Shown: positions 30,966 to 41,144, numbered from the stretch's first letter. The stretch: DNA of 64,000 bases from an uncultured Elusimicrobia bacterium (GCA_963702895.1 OY969767.1:192001-256000); one strand, 5' to 3'. Numbers and translations: made by a program. The notes: generated by a model from the sequence alone, not told the origin.

Positions 30966-33900
30966 ATGCTTAAACATCACCTCAATCGACTCATCGCTCT
31001 CCTGCTGGTCCCTTGTCTCCTGGCTGACCCCGCGGCCTCCGCGGCTTCAGGCCTGCGGGTCCCTGCCCTCACAGTCTCATCCATCGAACACTCAGCCCGG
31101 ATGGCGGCGTTCAACGAGCAAGCACTGGTCGCCGTCGCCTTAGGCAGAACCCGTTCCATTTTGGATAGAGGTGTTCCATTCTTTTCGGGCCTGGCAAGAA
31201 AGATGGGGCTGGGAACCTTCCTCAGGCCGATCGCCGCCCCGCCCACAGGACACTTAACTGACAGAGGATCTCCCAATGCGTTAGTGACAACGTCCCTGGC
31301 GGGATGGCTTTACAGCCGTTTGCCGGAAGGCCGCTTGCGCGCCTGGGTGGGGACGCGGCTGGGGCCGCGTCGGGAAAATCGGCGGTATTTATACCGCGCG
31401 GCCTTAGCAGCCGTCGGCCACACGATAGCGCTCTTGATCTTGGCCAAACTGCCCGTCCAATCCATCGCTCGAATGAGCAACGGCGATCGCCTCTCGATCC
31501 TCACGATGCCGGATCCGAGCCCCGCGTACCTCCCCCTGGAAAACTTTATTTGGACAGCAACAAGGTGCTTCCTGGAAGATCACGACGAGGTTTTCTACGG
31601 CACAGCGCGCGACACCCGACCCCTCGAAGCCGGTGATAGCGCTAGGTTTGAGCGCCGCGCGTGGCTGTTCGCCAGGCAATTTTCAATTCTTCTGGATGGG
31701 GCCGTCCAAAAGAAGTTCGGGATCTTCCGGCTACTTTGGCTAGCCGCCGTCGAGCTCCGTGGTGCCCTGCGGCGGGCGGACCGGCTGCACGGGACGCATA
31801 ACACGCTGGGGCGCAAACACGGCACGGCTTTGCTGATGGCCAAAAAGGGAGGGAGCACGACAGGCTTGCCGCAAGCCAAAACCGCGCACACAGCCGGGCA
31901 GGATTCAGCGGATGAACCCAGAAGCCCTGCTGGGACCGGCGCAAAGCGGGCGGGATATTCGTTCTCTGTCATCGCACGGCTTTTGCAGACGCTCAAGGGC
32001 AATCCCGTTCGTGCTCGCACATTTTCAAGACAGCATCATCTCAACTTTGTGTCCAGGATTAGCCGAAACCTCCTAGTTCTTGAAAGTTGGGGCGTGGTCG
32101 AGCCAACCTCCGATCAACCCGGGACGTATAGGCTCACCCCGAAGGCGCGCCAGAAATACCGAGTGATCATGGCCTTGTTTATGCCTTTTCTAAAAGTCGG
32201 TCGAGGCAACCCCAGCATAGCGATTCGCGAGGCCCGGGATCATGCGATCGCTGAGTTGAAGAGGATGGGATTCCAGGTGACCTTAACGCCGCCTGCCGTG
32301 GTTCGGACTGCTCGAGCATCACGAATATCAGCCGCGGCACCCGAAGTGACGCCGGCGACGATCGAACGGCGCCGGGAGAGGGCGCCTCGAGATATCCGTC
32401 CCTTTCGCAACCTGGGTTTGCGTATTCATAGATATCGGCTATTGCGGAACCTTACCCAGCGCCAACTGGCAGAGCTTGTCGGTCTCAATAAACAAGATAT
32501 TGGCAACATGGAATACGGGCTATACGCTCCTCGCGATACCGTCTTAGCGGCACTCGCGTTGATTTTGATTGACGACCTACAGGAACGCGATCAATTTAAG
32601 AATTGGGCAAAGAAACGGCGAGGCACGCCGTCACATGAGGATCGCAGATTCGCCCTTTGGGTGCGAATTCGCAAGGCCGGTCAATCCGGACATACGTTGC
32701 AGAGAATGTCGGAGGGAGTCCTGAAGAATGAATTGGCAGAGCTTCCTTCCTCAACTCTTGACGCACCAGAATGCTTGATGGACATGATTGAAAAAAACCC
32801 AGATATCCTCGCGGGCCTCCATCAGTCTCAGAGGGTCCGTGCATTTGTCGACTGGTATCACGCTGTGGATACCGCTTATCGCAATCGACAGAAGGGCGGC
32901 CACAAGCCCCTGCATTCTCTGTTCATTTTTGACAAGGACCTCTCGCCAAGAATTCTGGATCGAAGGAAGAGTGAAGCGAAGCAAATGATGAACACTTTGT
33001 TCCAGGAGGTGCTTCTTGAGCGTCATCAGAGACTCTCACCTCCCGGGGTCAGTCATCCGGGACGTTGGGCGAGGCACTCTCTAACCGGCGCCGCCTTCCC
33101 GGGTACCGGGGCGCAATCCATTCAACAGAAAGCGGCCCAGGACTTTCAACAACGGCTCGACGCCGCCCTGGCACAGAGCCGGACGGTTTTGACTGAAGCG
33201 GAAACCCGGTGGGCATCCGCGCTGGCAGCCCTTGGGAATCGAGATTTCGTGCAAGCCATAACCGAAGCGGATCGGGCGCTCGCCCTGGCGAAAGCGGCCA
33301 TGCACGGGGGAGCGAATCCAGAAACCGGACAACCGCTTTGCGGACTTGAAACGATTCGCGTGACAGCCGAGCTCCGCCAGATGACCGATCTGGCTCAACA
33401 GATTGAAACCTTGGAAGAAAAAACGAAGACTTGGATCACAAGCCGGGCACAAACCCGCTCCGCTCTCTTTGACCTGTCAGAAATGGCTGCGCACCACGGA
33501 TCCATGACTCGTCTTGACCGCGCCCTATGGGATGCGGTTCGTTTCGCCATTATCGCGTCCGACATCATCGAACCAATGCGTCAAGAGCAGCTGGACGAAT
33601 TGCGCGGGCGGCATCCGGCCAACGGCATTGATGGTTTGATCCATTTGATCAACCTGGTCCTCCCGATGGCCGTCCCTGGGCTCCTTGAGCCCGCGATCAT
33701 GATGGTGACGGAGGGTTTGTTGAAATCCTCTCTTCTTGCCGACAAAATCCAAGGACCCACGCCAACGCTGCACATGCTTACCGGACATTCGCCCTCGTTC
33801 ACATCGCGAGCAACCAGAGTGGATCGGGCGCACGACAAACTGGTGGCAGCGGTCGTCTACTTGATCAAAGCAGACGTCGATGTGCGTCGCTTGTTCATTA

Positions 33901-36900
33901 ACATTTTCCCGGAACATCAGTCCTATCTCCCGACAAACACCGCCATCGGCTCTCACGACGATTCTCCGGAATCCGATCTTGTAGCCTATCGCCTAGGGAT
34001 TGCAAGTATGGGAGGAGATCCTAATCGACGGGAGCCCTACAGCAGCGTCGAGGTTGCTGCGTTGCAGCCTCCCGGCACCGACCGGCATATCCCCTATAAC
34101 ACAAGTTATCGGTTTGGGGAGGTGCTGCGTCGGATTAAAGCCCTCCACAATGGGGAGGGCCTGCCGCTCCCGCCGCCGGGTGGAGATGCGCAGGCCGTCA
34201 CGACTCAGGATCCCCTTGTTCCGCCTTCAGTCGGTCCGGCGACAGAAACACTTGCGTCTCCACCGCCGTACTCCCAGATCATGAAGGAGCGCGCATCCAC
34301 AATGTCCTCACTTCGCGATGAGGCGGTCACAGCCCTGCGCGAAGAGGCTTTAGCGGAAAATCATCTTGAACACGCGAAACAAGCTGTCGGCAGACGCGAT
34401 ATCCCAAGCGCAAAGGATGCCCTTAGCGCGGCATTAGCGAAAGTTCATGCAGCGCGGACAGCGGTGGAGACTATTCTCTTTCGCCCAGCGGATGAAGACC
34501 TTGCTCAAGAGCTGCGCAAGGATGGAGATCGTCTGGACAAGCTCATTGCTTATTGGCTTCCGGCAGATCAGGCCTTAACCGAAATGGTGGCAATTTATCC
34601 CCATCGCGCTTCTATTGACAATAATCCAGAGGCTGGAGTCCTTATCGAATCGGTGCTGACCAAGATGGCTTCAGGTGGAAAAATTGATCAGGAAGAGGTC
34701 GTCGGCCTGGTGGCGGTGCGGAAGGCAATTCGAATGTCTGCTGAGATTCCTGCTGCCTCCCCGGCAAAAACGCTGGCCGCTCCTACGCCAAAGGTTGATC
34801 GGAACGACAAGAAGAGGGCCTCTCAGAAAGGCGGTGCTCAACGGAGGGCCAAGAAGAAACTCATGCCCAGCCCCGTGCTCGATGCGGACGGAAGGCTGCA
34901 GGAAACGGATTTGGCAGTCGATGTGCCGTATATCCTTTTGCGGCGGCCCGCTGAAGGCTCGCAGTCCTATGGCTGGGAGATTTATCAGTCGCAAGGTCTT
35001 GATCCAGAGCGGTCCAAGCTCATCGCCACACTTCTTTCTCACGGGGAAGAAACCCACCTGCGGAGCGAACAGCAGCCTGGGCGGGAGACCAAGAAGGTCC
35101 CGAAATCCTATTCCTTTATACGGCTGGAAATACGCAGGCATTCAACTGAGGAAGAAACATTCTTCATCGGGCGCAGCCGTCGCCGTTCCGCGGCCATCAT
35201 TTTAGATCCCAGCCTCTTTAAGCCGGGCAAGGAAGTCAATCTCCAGGGAGCACTTTATCAAGCTGGCGGGTGGCTTGTGCACGGGCAGGATAGGACTGAG
35301 GAAGAACTGACCGCGCAAACCTGGATGGCGCTTTTGAGTCGAGTGCCCTTGGAGGCATTCCTCACAGCCTATGGACATCTGCCGCTGGCTCCGCGCGGCG
35401 AAGGAACTACTCCGCAGGCGACAACCCTGAGAGAAGTGTTCAACGCGCTCTTCAGAGACCAAATGGGCCTGTCGGAGCGCGCTCTTCGGGACCGAGCGGA
35501 TGCGCACCATCCTGAACACGCTGATCTGACTTTCTTGATGGAGGGGATCGTGAGTGCGGTGTTAGATGAACTCTACCGTCAGTTTCCAGAGCTCTTCAAA
35601 ACAAAGCGCCGCTATTGGATGCCAGTCGGTGTCCCTCCTGGTGCGCCAGAAGCGCTCACTCCTGAGCGCCAGATTCTCCATCAGATTCTCCAGCAGATGC
35701 TCGACAGCATGAGAGAAGAGGCTAACGAGGCGGTCGCTGACGATCCTACGCTCGACGCGCTGGATTACCAAGACTTGGTGCGTCGGATGCAAGTTGCACT
35801 CGATAAGCCCGATGCCCTTCAGCGCTTAAGAAATCATATACAAAGGGTGCTCACAATGGATCAATCCCGAGCATCTCGACGGCTCGCTCAACACAAACAG
35901 TTTCAGTTCATCCGATGGTGGGTTGTGCCGTCCGCGCCATCAAAAACCGGTTTCTTGGACTTTGACACCCCTCAGCCCGACCCCGGGGAGAGCCCCTGGT
36001 GGATTGCGCCGCTCGCGCCATCAGAAACCGGTTCCTTGGACTTTGACGCCCCTCAGCCCGACCCCAGGGAGAGCCTCATCAGAGAGCTGGAAAGCCTTCA
36101 TCTCCCACAACTCGGTTTGCCCAGCCAGTTGCTGCATGCGTATGTTGCCATGTCCATCCAGCAACTCGAGAATGGAAGCACCATAAAAGTGCTGGCCTCT
36201 TTGCGCTCGATTAGAGCTCAAACCCCCGTCGAGAGCAAAATTAGCAACGTGCTGATCCAAGAACCGATAAATAGTACAGCTGCCAACAACTTAACACCTC
36301 TCGAAGATAGCATCGTTTATTTTCTGTTTCTGTTGACCCTTGGCGGGGAAACCTTCCGGAAAGCTGTCGCCATGTTTTTCGCATCCGCTCAACTGCCGCC
36401 TGAGATCCTGCAGCTTCTCATCCCTAAAGATTGTCCCGAATTAAACGAATGGAATGAGAAGAGACGCTCTGGTAGAACAAAAACGCTCACTGATGTAGAA
36501 CTTGTGATCGCACGTAAAGCCGTCGGGAGTGACTTTGCATTCAGTACCCCAGCTCTCACTGACTCGGAAAAGGAAGCGCTTCAATATCTGCGTCTTCGCG
36601 AGATCGAAATCCTCCCAACACACCGAATACCTGGCGTGGTTCAATTCCCGGCAGTAAGGAAAGCGCCCCGTATCGTCCGGACGGTCCCTCCTCGTTCTAC
36701 TACGCTCAGTATGAATGGAATCTCGGAACTGGTTTCAATTGGCCAGCAATATCCCCTCGTGAGCTTGGCCGGGCTTGGTTTGTGGTGGGCTGCGATGTTT
36801 CACGCCACCGTCCCCATGATTCTCTTCTGTGGAGCGGCGGTCTCCATCGCCATCTACCGGGCCGACAGCCTCGGTCTATCTCATCCTTCCACACCCGCAA

Positions 36901-36947
36901 CTGCCAGCCACTCGCGTTCCAGGCGCCATTTCATGGCCGCCGCCTGA
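30966..36947 (+). CDS. Giant (~1990 aa) orphan protein: signal-like N-terminus, winged HTH, XRE-type HTH, helical region, C-terminal TM
   Basis: Uninterrupted ORF; LIALLLVPCLLADP; LGLRIHRYRLLRNLTQRQLAELVGLNKQDIGNMEYG (HTH_3). Confidence 0.75.
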   Translation: MLKHHLNRLIALLLVPCLLADPAASAASGLRVPALTVSSIEHSARMAAFNEQALVAVALGRTRSILDRGVPFFSGLARKMGLGTFLRPIAAPPTGHLTDRGSPNALVTTSLAGWLYSRLPEGRLRAWVGTRLGPRRENRRYLYRAALAAVGHTIALLILAKLPVQSIARMSNGDRLSILTMPDPSPAYLPLENFIWTATRCFLEDHDEVFYGTARDTRPLEAGDSARFERRAWLFARQFSILLDGAVQKKFGIFRLLWLAAVELRGALRRADRLHGTHNTLGRKHGTALLMAKKGGSTTGLPQAKTAHTAGQDSADEPRSPAGTGAKRAGYSFSVIARLLQTLKGNPVRARTFSRQHHLNFVSRISRNLLVLESWGVVEPTSDQPGTYRLTPKARQKYRVIMALFMPFLKVGRGNPSIAIREARDHAIAELKRMGFQVTLTPPAVVRTARASRISAAAPEVTPATIERRRERAPRDIRPFRNLGLRIHRYRLLRNLTQRQLAELVGLNKQDIGNMEYGLYAPRDTVLAALALILIDDLQERDQFKNWAKKRRGTPSHEDRRFALWVRIRKAGQSGHTLQRMSEGVLKNELAELPSSTLDAPECLMDMIEKNPDILAGLHQSQRVRAFVDWYHAVDTAYRNRQKGGHKPLHSLFIFDKDLSPRILDRRKSEAKQMMNTLFQEVLLERHQRLSPPGVSHPGRWARHSLTGAAFPGTGAQSIQQKAAQDFQQRLDAALAQSRTVLTEAETRWASALAALGNRDFVQAITEADRALALAKAAMHGGANPETGQPLCGLETIRVTAELRQMTDLAQQIETLEEKTKTWITSRAQTRSALFDLSEMAAHHGSMTRLDRALWDAVRFAIIASDIIEPMRQEQLDELRGRHPANGIDGLIHLINLVLPMAVPGLLEPAIMMVTEGLLKSSLLADKIQGPTPTLHMLTGHSPSFTSRATRVDRAHDKLVAAVVYLIKADVDVRRLFINIFPEHQSYLPTNTAIGSHDDSPESDLVAYRLGIASMGGDPNRREPYSSVEVAALQPPGTDRHIPYNTSYRFGEVLRRIKALHNGEGLPLPPPGGDAQAVTTQDPLVPPSVGPATETLASPPPYSQIMKERASTMSSLRDEAVTALREEALAENHLEHAKQAVGRRDIPSAKDALSAALAKVHAARTAVETILFRPADEDLAQELRKDGDRLDKLIAYWLPADQALTEMVAIYPHRASIDNNPEAGVLIESVLTKMASGGKIDQEEVVGLVAVRKAIRMSAEIPAASPAKTLAAPTPKVDRNDKKRASQKGGAQRRAKKKLMPSPVLDADGRLQETDLAVDVPYILLRRPAEGSQSYGWEIYQSQGLDPERSKLIATLLSHGEETHLRSEQQPGRETKKVPKSYSFIRLEIRRHSTEEETFFIGRSRRRSAAIILDPSLFKPGKEVNLQGALYQAGGWLVHGQDRTEEELTAQTWMALLSRVPLEAFLTAYGHLPLAPRGEGTTPQATTLREVFNALFRDQMGLSERALRDRADAHHPEHADLTFLMEGIVSAVLDELYRQFPELFKTKRRYWMPVGVPPGAPEALTPERQILHQILQQMLDSMREEANEAVADDPTLDALDYQDLVRRMQVALDKPDALQRLRNHIQRVLTMDQSRASRRLAQHKQFQFIRWWVVPSAPSKTGFLDFDTPQPDPGESPWWIAPLAPSETGSLDFDAPQPDPRESLIRELESLHLPQLGLPSQLLHAYVAMSIQQLENGSTIKVLASLRSIRAQTPVESKISNVLIQEPINSTAANNLTPLEDSIVYFLFLLTLGGETFRKAVAMFFASAQLPPEILQLLIPKDCPELNEWNEKRRSGRTKTLTDVELVIARKAVGSDFAFSTPALTDSEKEALQYLRLREIEILPTHRIPGVVQFPAVRKAPRIVRTVPPRSTTLSMNGISELVSIGQQYPLVSLAGLGLWWAAMFHATVPMILFCGAAVSIAIYRADSLGLSHPSTPATASHSRSRRHFMAAA

Positions 36948-37151
36948 GTCACCCCAAAAGCGTCTGCTCCCATTAACAACGACTATTTTGAGTTGCGTGA
37001 TATGTCCTGGGGGTATTTTGCAGCAACCGTCACACAGGGCAGAGGGAAAAGCCGCCAAGGCGGGGGGAATAGAGGGAAGGCTTCAAGCCGACAGCGCCTG
37101 CCAGGGGGCCCCGTAGGGCAGGTCTCCTTCTTGCAGGCGCTTCTTATTGTG

Positions 37152-37355
37152 TCAGGCCGCCTGGCAATGGTGCGAATGCCGCCAGTACGCGAACAGGACG
37201 TCGCGGCTCACGCGCTGGCCGTTTTGCTTGAAGTACTGCAGCATCTCGTTGGCGCTGTCGAGGTCTTCGGCTTGAATGAAGTGCATGAGCTGCGCGATCG
37301 CGGCAGCTCGGGTGCTGGCTGCCAGGTCTCTCCTCTTGTCCATTCTGTTGAACAT
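37152..37355 (-). CDS. Small hypothetical protein (67 aa)
   Basis: GGAGGTG RBS before ATG; hairpin at 37094-37124 downstream. Confidence 0.55.
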   Translation of the reverse strand: MFNRMDKRRDLAASTRAAAIAQLMHFIQAEDLDSANEMLQYFKQNGQRVSRDVLFAYWRHSHHCQAA

Positions 37356-37532
37356 GGCTCACCTCCAGGTAGTCCTTGTGCTGATGATCCGTATGACATG
37401 TACCGTCAAGGACCTCTGCGCCTAAACCATACGAAAGGCACGTTACAGCGACGTTTCGCGCTTGTTACAGGTCTGTAAATCTTTTTAAGCCGGTGGATAG
37501 GACAGAAAGAGTCGTCTTAGCCGGGAATCTGC

Positions 37533-39414
37533 GTGCGCCAGGACAAACTGTACTGAGCCCAGTGGATGAAAGAGCCACAGCCTAAGGCCTAGCCAGCCAA
37601 GGCATAGCTCGTCTTGCATCGACGGCCGTGAGGCCGGAGGTGAAGCGTAGACAAGTGACAACGCAGGCCGCAAGGTGATAAACCGATCGAGCCCCGAAAA
37701 GAACGGTCATGTTGTGGAAGCCGAGGCGGTGCAGTTAGCCGAAGGCAACAAGGTTCTCGCCAAGACGGCAGGGATAGAGCCTTTCCACCGGGGTCTTACG
37801 AGGGCGGCATGTGTTGAAGGGACAGTGACGGGACCTGGGAGGCCTGCTGGGAGTCCGCTGAGGCGGACGCCGCCAACCCGAGGGACAACCAAAGGGAAAC
37901 GGACCGGCAGGAGTCAGAGAACCCCATAGTACCTAAGAAGCGGGTAACGACCGTGGAGGGAAGGGGGCGACAGGAGGAGGAAGCGATGGAGGGACAGGGA
38001 GCTGATTCACAGAAGTCAGAGACTTCCTTAACGAAACTCCGGCGCGTAGCGGAGCAAGCGAAGCAGAATCAGAAGATGCGCTGGATATCGGTCAATCACC
38101 TGATGGACGTCGACCTTCTGCGGGACAGTTGGAAGCGTCTTGACAAGGGTGGAGCCAGCGGGGTGGATGGCCAGACGGCGCAGGCGTACGGTCAAGACTT
38201 AGAAAAGCGGCTGGAAGAGCTTCACGAGCAACTGAAGGCAGGGACGTACCGGGCACCGCCGGTAAGGCGGGTGTGGATACCCAAATCGGACGGCAGGCAA
38301 CGGCCGATCGGGATACCGACGTTGGAAGACAAGATAGTCCAGCGGGCGGTCGCCACGATCATGGAAGCCGTCATGGAGCCGTTGTTTCTGGAGAGTTCGT
38401 ACGGGTACCGGCCTGGGCGGAACGCCCATCAGGCGTTGTGGTCCATACAACGGACGCTGATGTATCAGCCGATCCACTGGGTGCTGGAGATCGACCTGGA
38501 GTCGTTCTTTGACACCTTGGATCACGGATGGCTGAGACGGATGGTGGACGTACGGATGGGCGATGGGGTGATCCAGCGGCTGATTGGGAAATGGCTGAAC
38601 GCGGGAGTGATGGAGGAAGGAAGGCTGACGCGAACGGACCAAGGGAGCCCGCAAGGCGGGGTGATTTCGCCGATGTTGGCGAACATCTACCTGCATTACG
38701 CGATAGACCTGTGGTTTGTGAAGGTCATCCAACCGAAGCTCAAGGGAGAATCGTGCGCATGGCGATATGCGGACGATATCCTGATGGCGTTCGAGCATGA
38801 AGCGGAGGCGCGCGAGGTCCAAAGGCAGCTTGGGGAGCGTTTGGCGAAGTTTGGCCTAAAGCTCAACCCAAGCAAGACACGTCTGATCCGGTTTGAGAGA
38901 CCCCGGGACACAAACGGGGACGACCCGCCGGATCGGAGCGCGTTCGACTTTCTGGGGTTCACGCACTACTGGGCGAGGAGTCGACGAGGGATGTGGGTGG
39001 TGAAGCGGAAGACCGCTGGGAAGCGATTACGGCGGGCGATGAGCGCGGTGACGCAGTGGTGCAAAGCGCACCGGCACTGGAAGCTCCGCGAACAGCACCA
39101 GCACCTGAATGCGATTCTTCGAGGGCATTATCAGTATTACGGGATGACCTGGAATTGGGTTGGATTGAGCGTCTTCCACTTACATGTGGTCAGAACGTGG
39201 CAGAGATGGTTGAGCCGCCGGAGTCAGACGGCTTACATTCGCTGGGATCGGATGGAACAGATCCTGGAGAACTATCCCTTGCTACCTCCACGAATTATTC
39301 ATCCTGATCCATGGCGCATGGCACGTGAGTCCTTTTCTTGAAGAGCGTCGTGCGGGAAATCCGCATGCGGCGTTCCGTGAGGGGGTGGGAGGGCGACCTC
39401 CCGCTCTACTCGAT
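37533..39414 (+). mobile_element. Group II intron (1882 nt)
   Basis: 5' GTGCG; domain V GAGCGTCGTGCGGGAAATCCGCATGCGGCGTTC (39343-39375); domain VI with bulged A; 3' end ...CTCGAT; exons rejoin precisely. Confidence 0.95.
37986..39341 (+). CDS. ltrA: Group II intron reverse transcriptase/maturase, no endonuclease domain
   Basis: GVDG, RPIGIPT.EDKIVQ, SYGYRPGR, PQGGVISP.LANIYL, YADD, FDFLGF, X domain; GGAGG RBS. Confidence 0.93.
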   Translation: MEGQGADSQKSETSLTKLRRVAEQAKQNQKMRWISVNHLMDVDLLRDSWKRLDKGGASGVDGQTAQAYGQDLEKRLEELHEQLKAGTYRAPPVRRVWIPKSDGRQRPIGIPTLEDKIVQRAVATIMEAVMEPLFLESSYGYRPGRNAHQALWSIQRTLMYQPIHWVLEIDLESFFDTLDHGWLRRMVDVRMGDGVIQRLIGKWLNAGVMEEGRLTRTDQGSPQGGVISPMLANIYLHYAIDLWFVKVIQPKLKGESCAWRYADDILMAFEHEAEAREVQRQLGERLAKFGLKLNPSKTRLIRFERPRDTNGDDPPDRSAFDFLGFTHYWARSRRGMWVVKRKTAGKRLRRAMSAVTQWCKAHRHWKLREQHQHLNAILRGHYQYYGMTWNWVGLSVFHLHVVRTWQRWLSRRSQTAYIRWDRMEQILENYPLLPPRIIHPDPWRMARESFS

Positions 39415-39680
39415 AGTTGTCGTCATCCCGGTGAAAACCGGGATCCAGTCCATCGTCGTTGAACTGGACCCCGGCTTCCGCCGGGGTGACGGCACAAAAA
39501 AGCGCATCGAGTTCAGACGATGAGGCAAAATGAACCGAAGTTTTCCGGTTAGTGGTTAACGGGGCAAGGCCCGGCGGAGGACGGTTTTTAGCGGATCGGG
39601 TCCAGGGAGGACATCGAACGGAGGTGCGCCGGCTTCTGTTCGAGCATACAACACAATCTCTTCCCATTCACTTTTCTGAG

Positions 39681-40280
39681 TTACGGGATAGGGCATCCTT
39701 CGTTCATCTCCGGCTCCGGATCCCGTACCGTGCTTGTGTGCGCAATCATCGTTTCGATTGCGACGCGGGCGCGCTTGTCGGTAGGGCCTCGGTAGTGGAG
39801 ATAACCGCCTTCATCGATCATCACAAAAGCCGGAACATGCGTGACCCCAAAGGCGTGGGCGATCGAGGGTCCACTTTCCGTGAGAAGAGGAGCCTGGATG
39901 CGTGCTTTCTTTAAGCGATGGGCCAGGTCCTGCGAGGTTTCGCCTGGGCCAACGTTCACAGCGACAAACGAGACTCGCCAGTCCTTGTAATCTTCATAAA
40001 ACCTGCTGATCTGTCCCCAGCGCACCTGGTCCTCCGGGCAACTCATGGAAAAAACTCCAAGGACCATGATTTCGAGCGCGGATTTATAGGAGAGAAGAGG
40101 TCTGACTTTCCCGGATTCCGCGACCACGGAAAAGGTCTTTGGGATTTTCTCTCCGATCCTGAGTGTGGGGGTAGAGCTCCCAACCGCCGTGGTGGAGCTC
40201 GTTTTGGGAGGGAAGAACCCCTGTGCTGATGCCGCCGAGCTCATCGCCAAGAACATGCTGCAGAGGAGGAATGTTTTCAT
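39681..40280 (-). CDS. Exported thioredoxin-fold (AhpC/TSA-like) protein
   Basis: Signal peptide; S.SCP, FVAVN, GVTHVPAFVMID, YRG, GCPI. Confidence 0.75.
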   Translation of the reverse strand: MKTFLLCSMFLAMSSAASAQGFFPPKTSSTTAVGSSTPTLRIGEKIPKTFSVVAESGKVRPLLSYKSALEIMVLGVFSMSCPEDQVRWGQISRFYEDYKDWRVSFVAVNVGPGETSQDLAHRLKKARIQAPLLTESGPSIAHAFGVTHVPAFVMIDEGGYLHYRGPTDKRARVAIETMIAHTSTVRDPEPEMNEGCPIP

Positions 40281-41104
40281 GGTTTCTCCAGGCACGCGCC
40301 GCTTTCGAAATCGCCACAGGATGCGGAGGCTGATACGATGCCCATGTTTTTGAGCATCACCAGAGCTGTTTCCTGATCAGCGCGGGTTTCAGGAACGGCG
40401 TCTGCGGGCGGCACAAGCGACACGATGATCTGAAGCTCTTGGATGGCTTCCTTTTTTTGTCCGTGCTCGAGGAGCGCTTCTGCCAAGGCCAGATGGTTGA
40501 TCGCATAGCCCGGACCATATTGTACCGCGAGGCGGGCATGCTCGAGGGCCTTTGATTTGCTGCCTACGGAAAAGAGAGATGGGGATTGACGATAAAACTG
40601 CGCGAGGAGCATATGCGCGTAGGCGAAATTTGGTTTGAGCGTGAGCGCTCTCTGGAGTGCCGCGACGGCTTTCTTCACGGCGCTCAGGCTCCGCATGCTT
40701 TTGCGGGCGTTGGCCCACTGTCCCAGGGCCTCGCCATAGACCGCGTAAGCCTCAGCGCTCTCAGGGCCGGTGCGGACCGCTTCTTCGGCTGCCGAGCGGG
40801 CTTGGTCCGCCCAGGAGCGCCTCACTTGGTTTGACCCCGCGTGGCGCACCGCCCGTCCCATGGCGCTGGCCAAGCGAATCCAGTGCGTCACGTTTTGGGG
40901 TTCTGCTTGAGCTGCCTCTTTCCAAAGGCGTATGGCTTCTTCGGTCTTGCCCGGCTCTGCACGGGCTTGCCAGGCCAGAGCGGCCTGCTGCGCGAGCAGA
41001 GCATCTGCTTGCAGGGACGAGGGATGAGTGACGAGAGAGGAGGCAAGAAAGATGTACAGGAATAACGGGACTGGCGCTGGAGGTGTGAACAAAATCCTTT
41101 TCAA
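40277..41104 (-). CDS. Exported TPR-like protein (probable TTG start at 41104)
   Basis: TPR-like helices, AYAHMLLAQFY..SP, GAGG upstream of TTG. Confidence 0.7.
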   Translation of the reverse strand: MKRILFTPPAPVPLFLYIFLASSLVTHPSSLQADALLAQQAALAWQARAEPGKTEEAIRLWKEAAQAEPQNVTHWIRLASAMGRAVRHAGSNQVRRSWADQARSAAEEAVRTGPESAEAYAVYGEALGQWANARKSMRSLSAVKKAVAALQRALTLKPNFAYAHMLLAQFYRQSPSLFSVGSKSKALEHARLAVQYGPGYAINHLALAEALLEHGQKKEAIQELQIIVSLVPPADAVPETRADQETALVMLKNMGIVSASASCGDFESGACLEKP

Positions 41105-41144
41105 TGCGATGTCCTCGTCTCTCAACTCTCGTCCCTCTTCCCAA

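Larger units (their letters stand above)
37520..39549 (-). mobile_element. 148-bp MITE, copy 2, split by the group II intron (13 bp + 135 bp)
   Basis: 37520-37532 and 39415-39549 rejoin to a 148-bp reverse-complement copy of 30546-30693; TA at 37518-37519 and 39550-39551. Confidence 0.9.

Noticed and set aside
37986..39341. RT as a retron, DGR or defence RT
   Set aside because: It has a maturase X domain, is followed by canonical domains V and VI, and has GTGCG...AT boundaries with rejoining exons.
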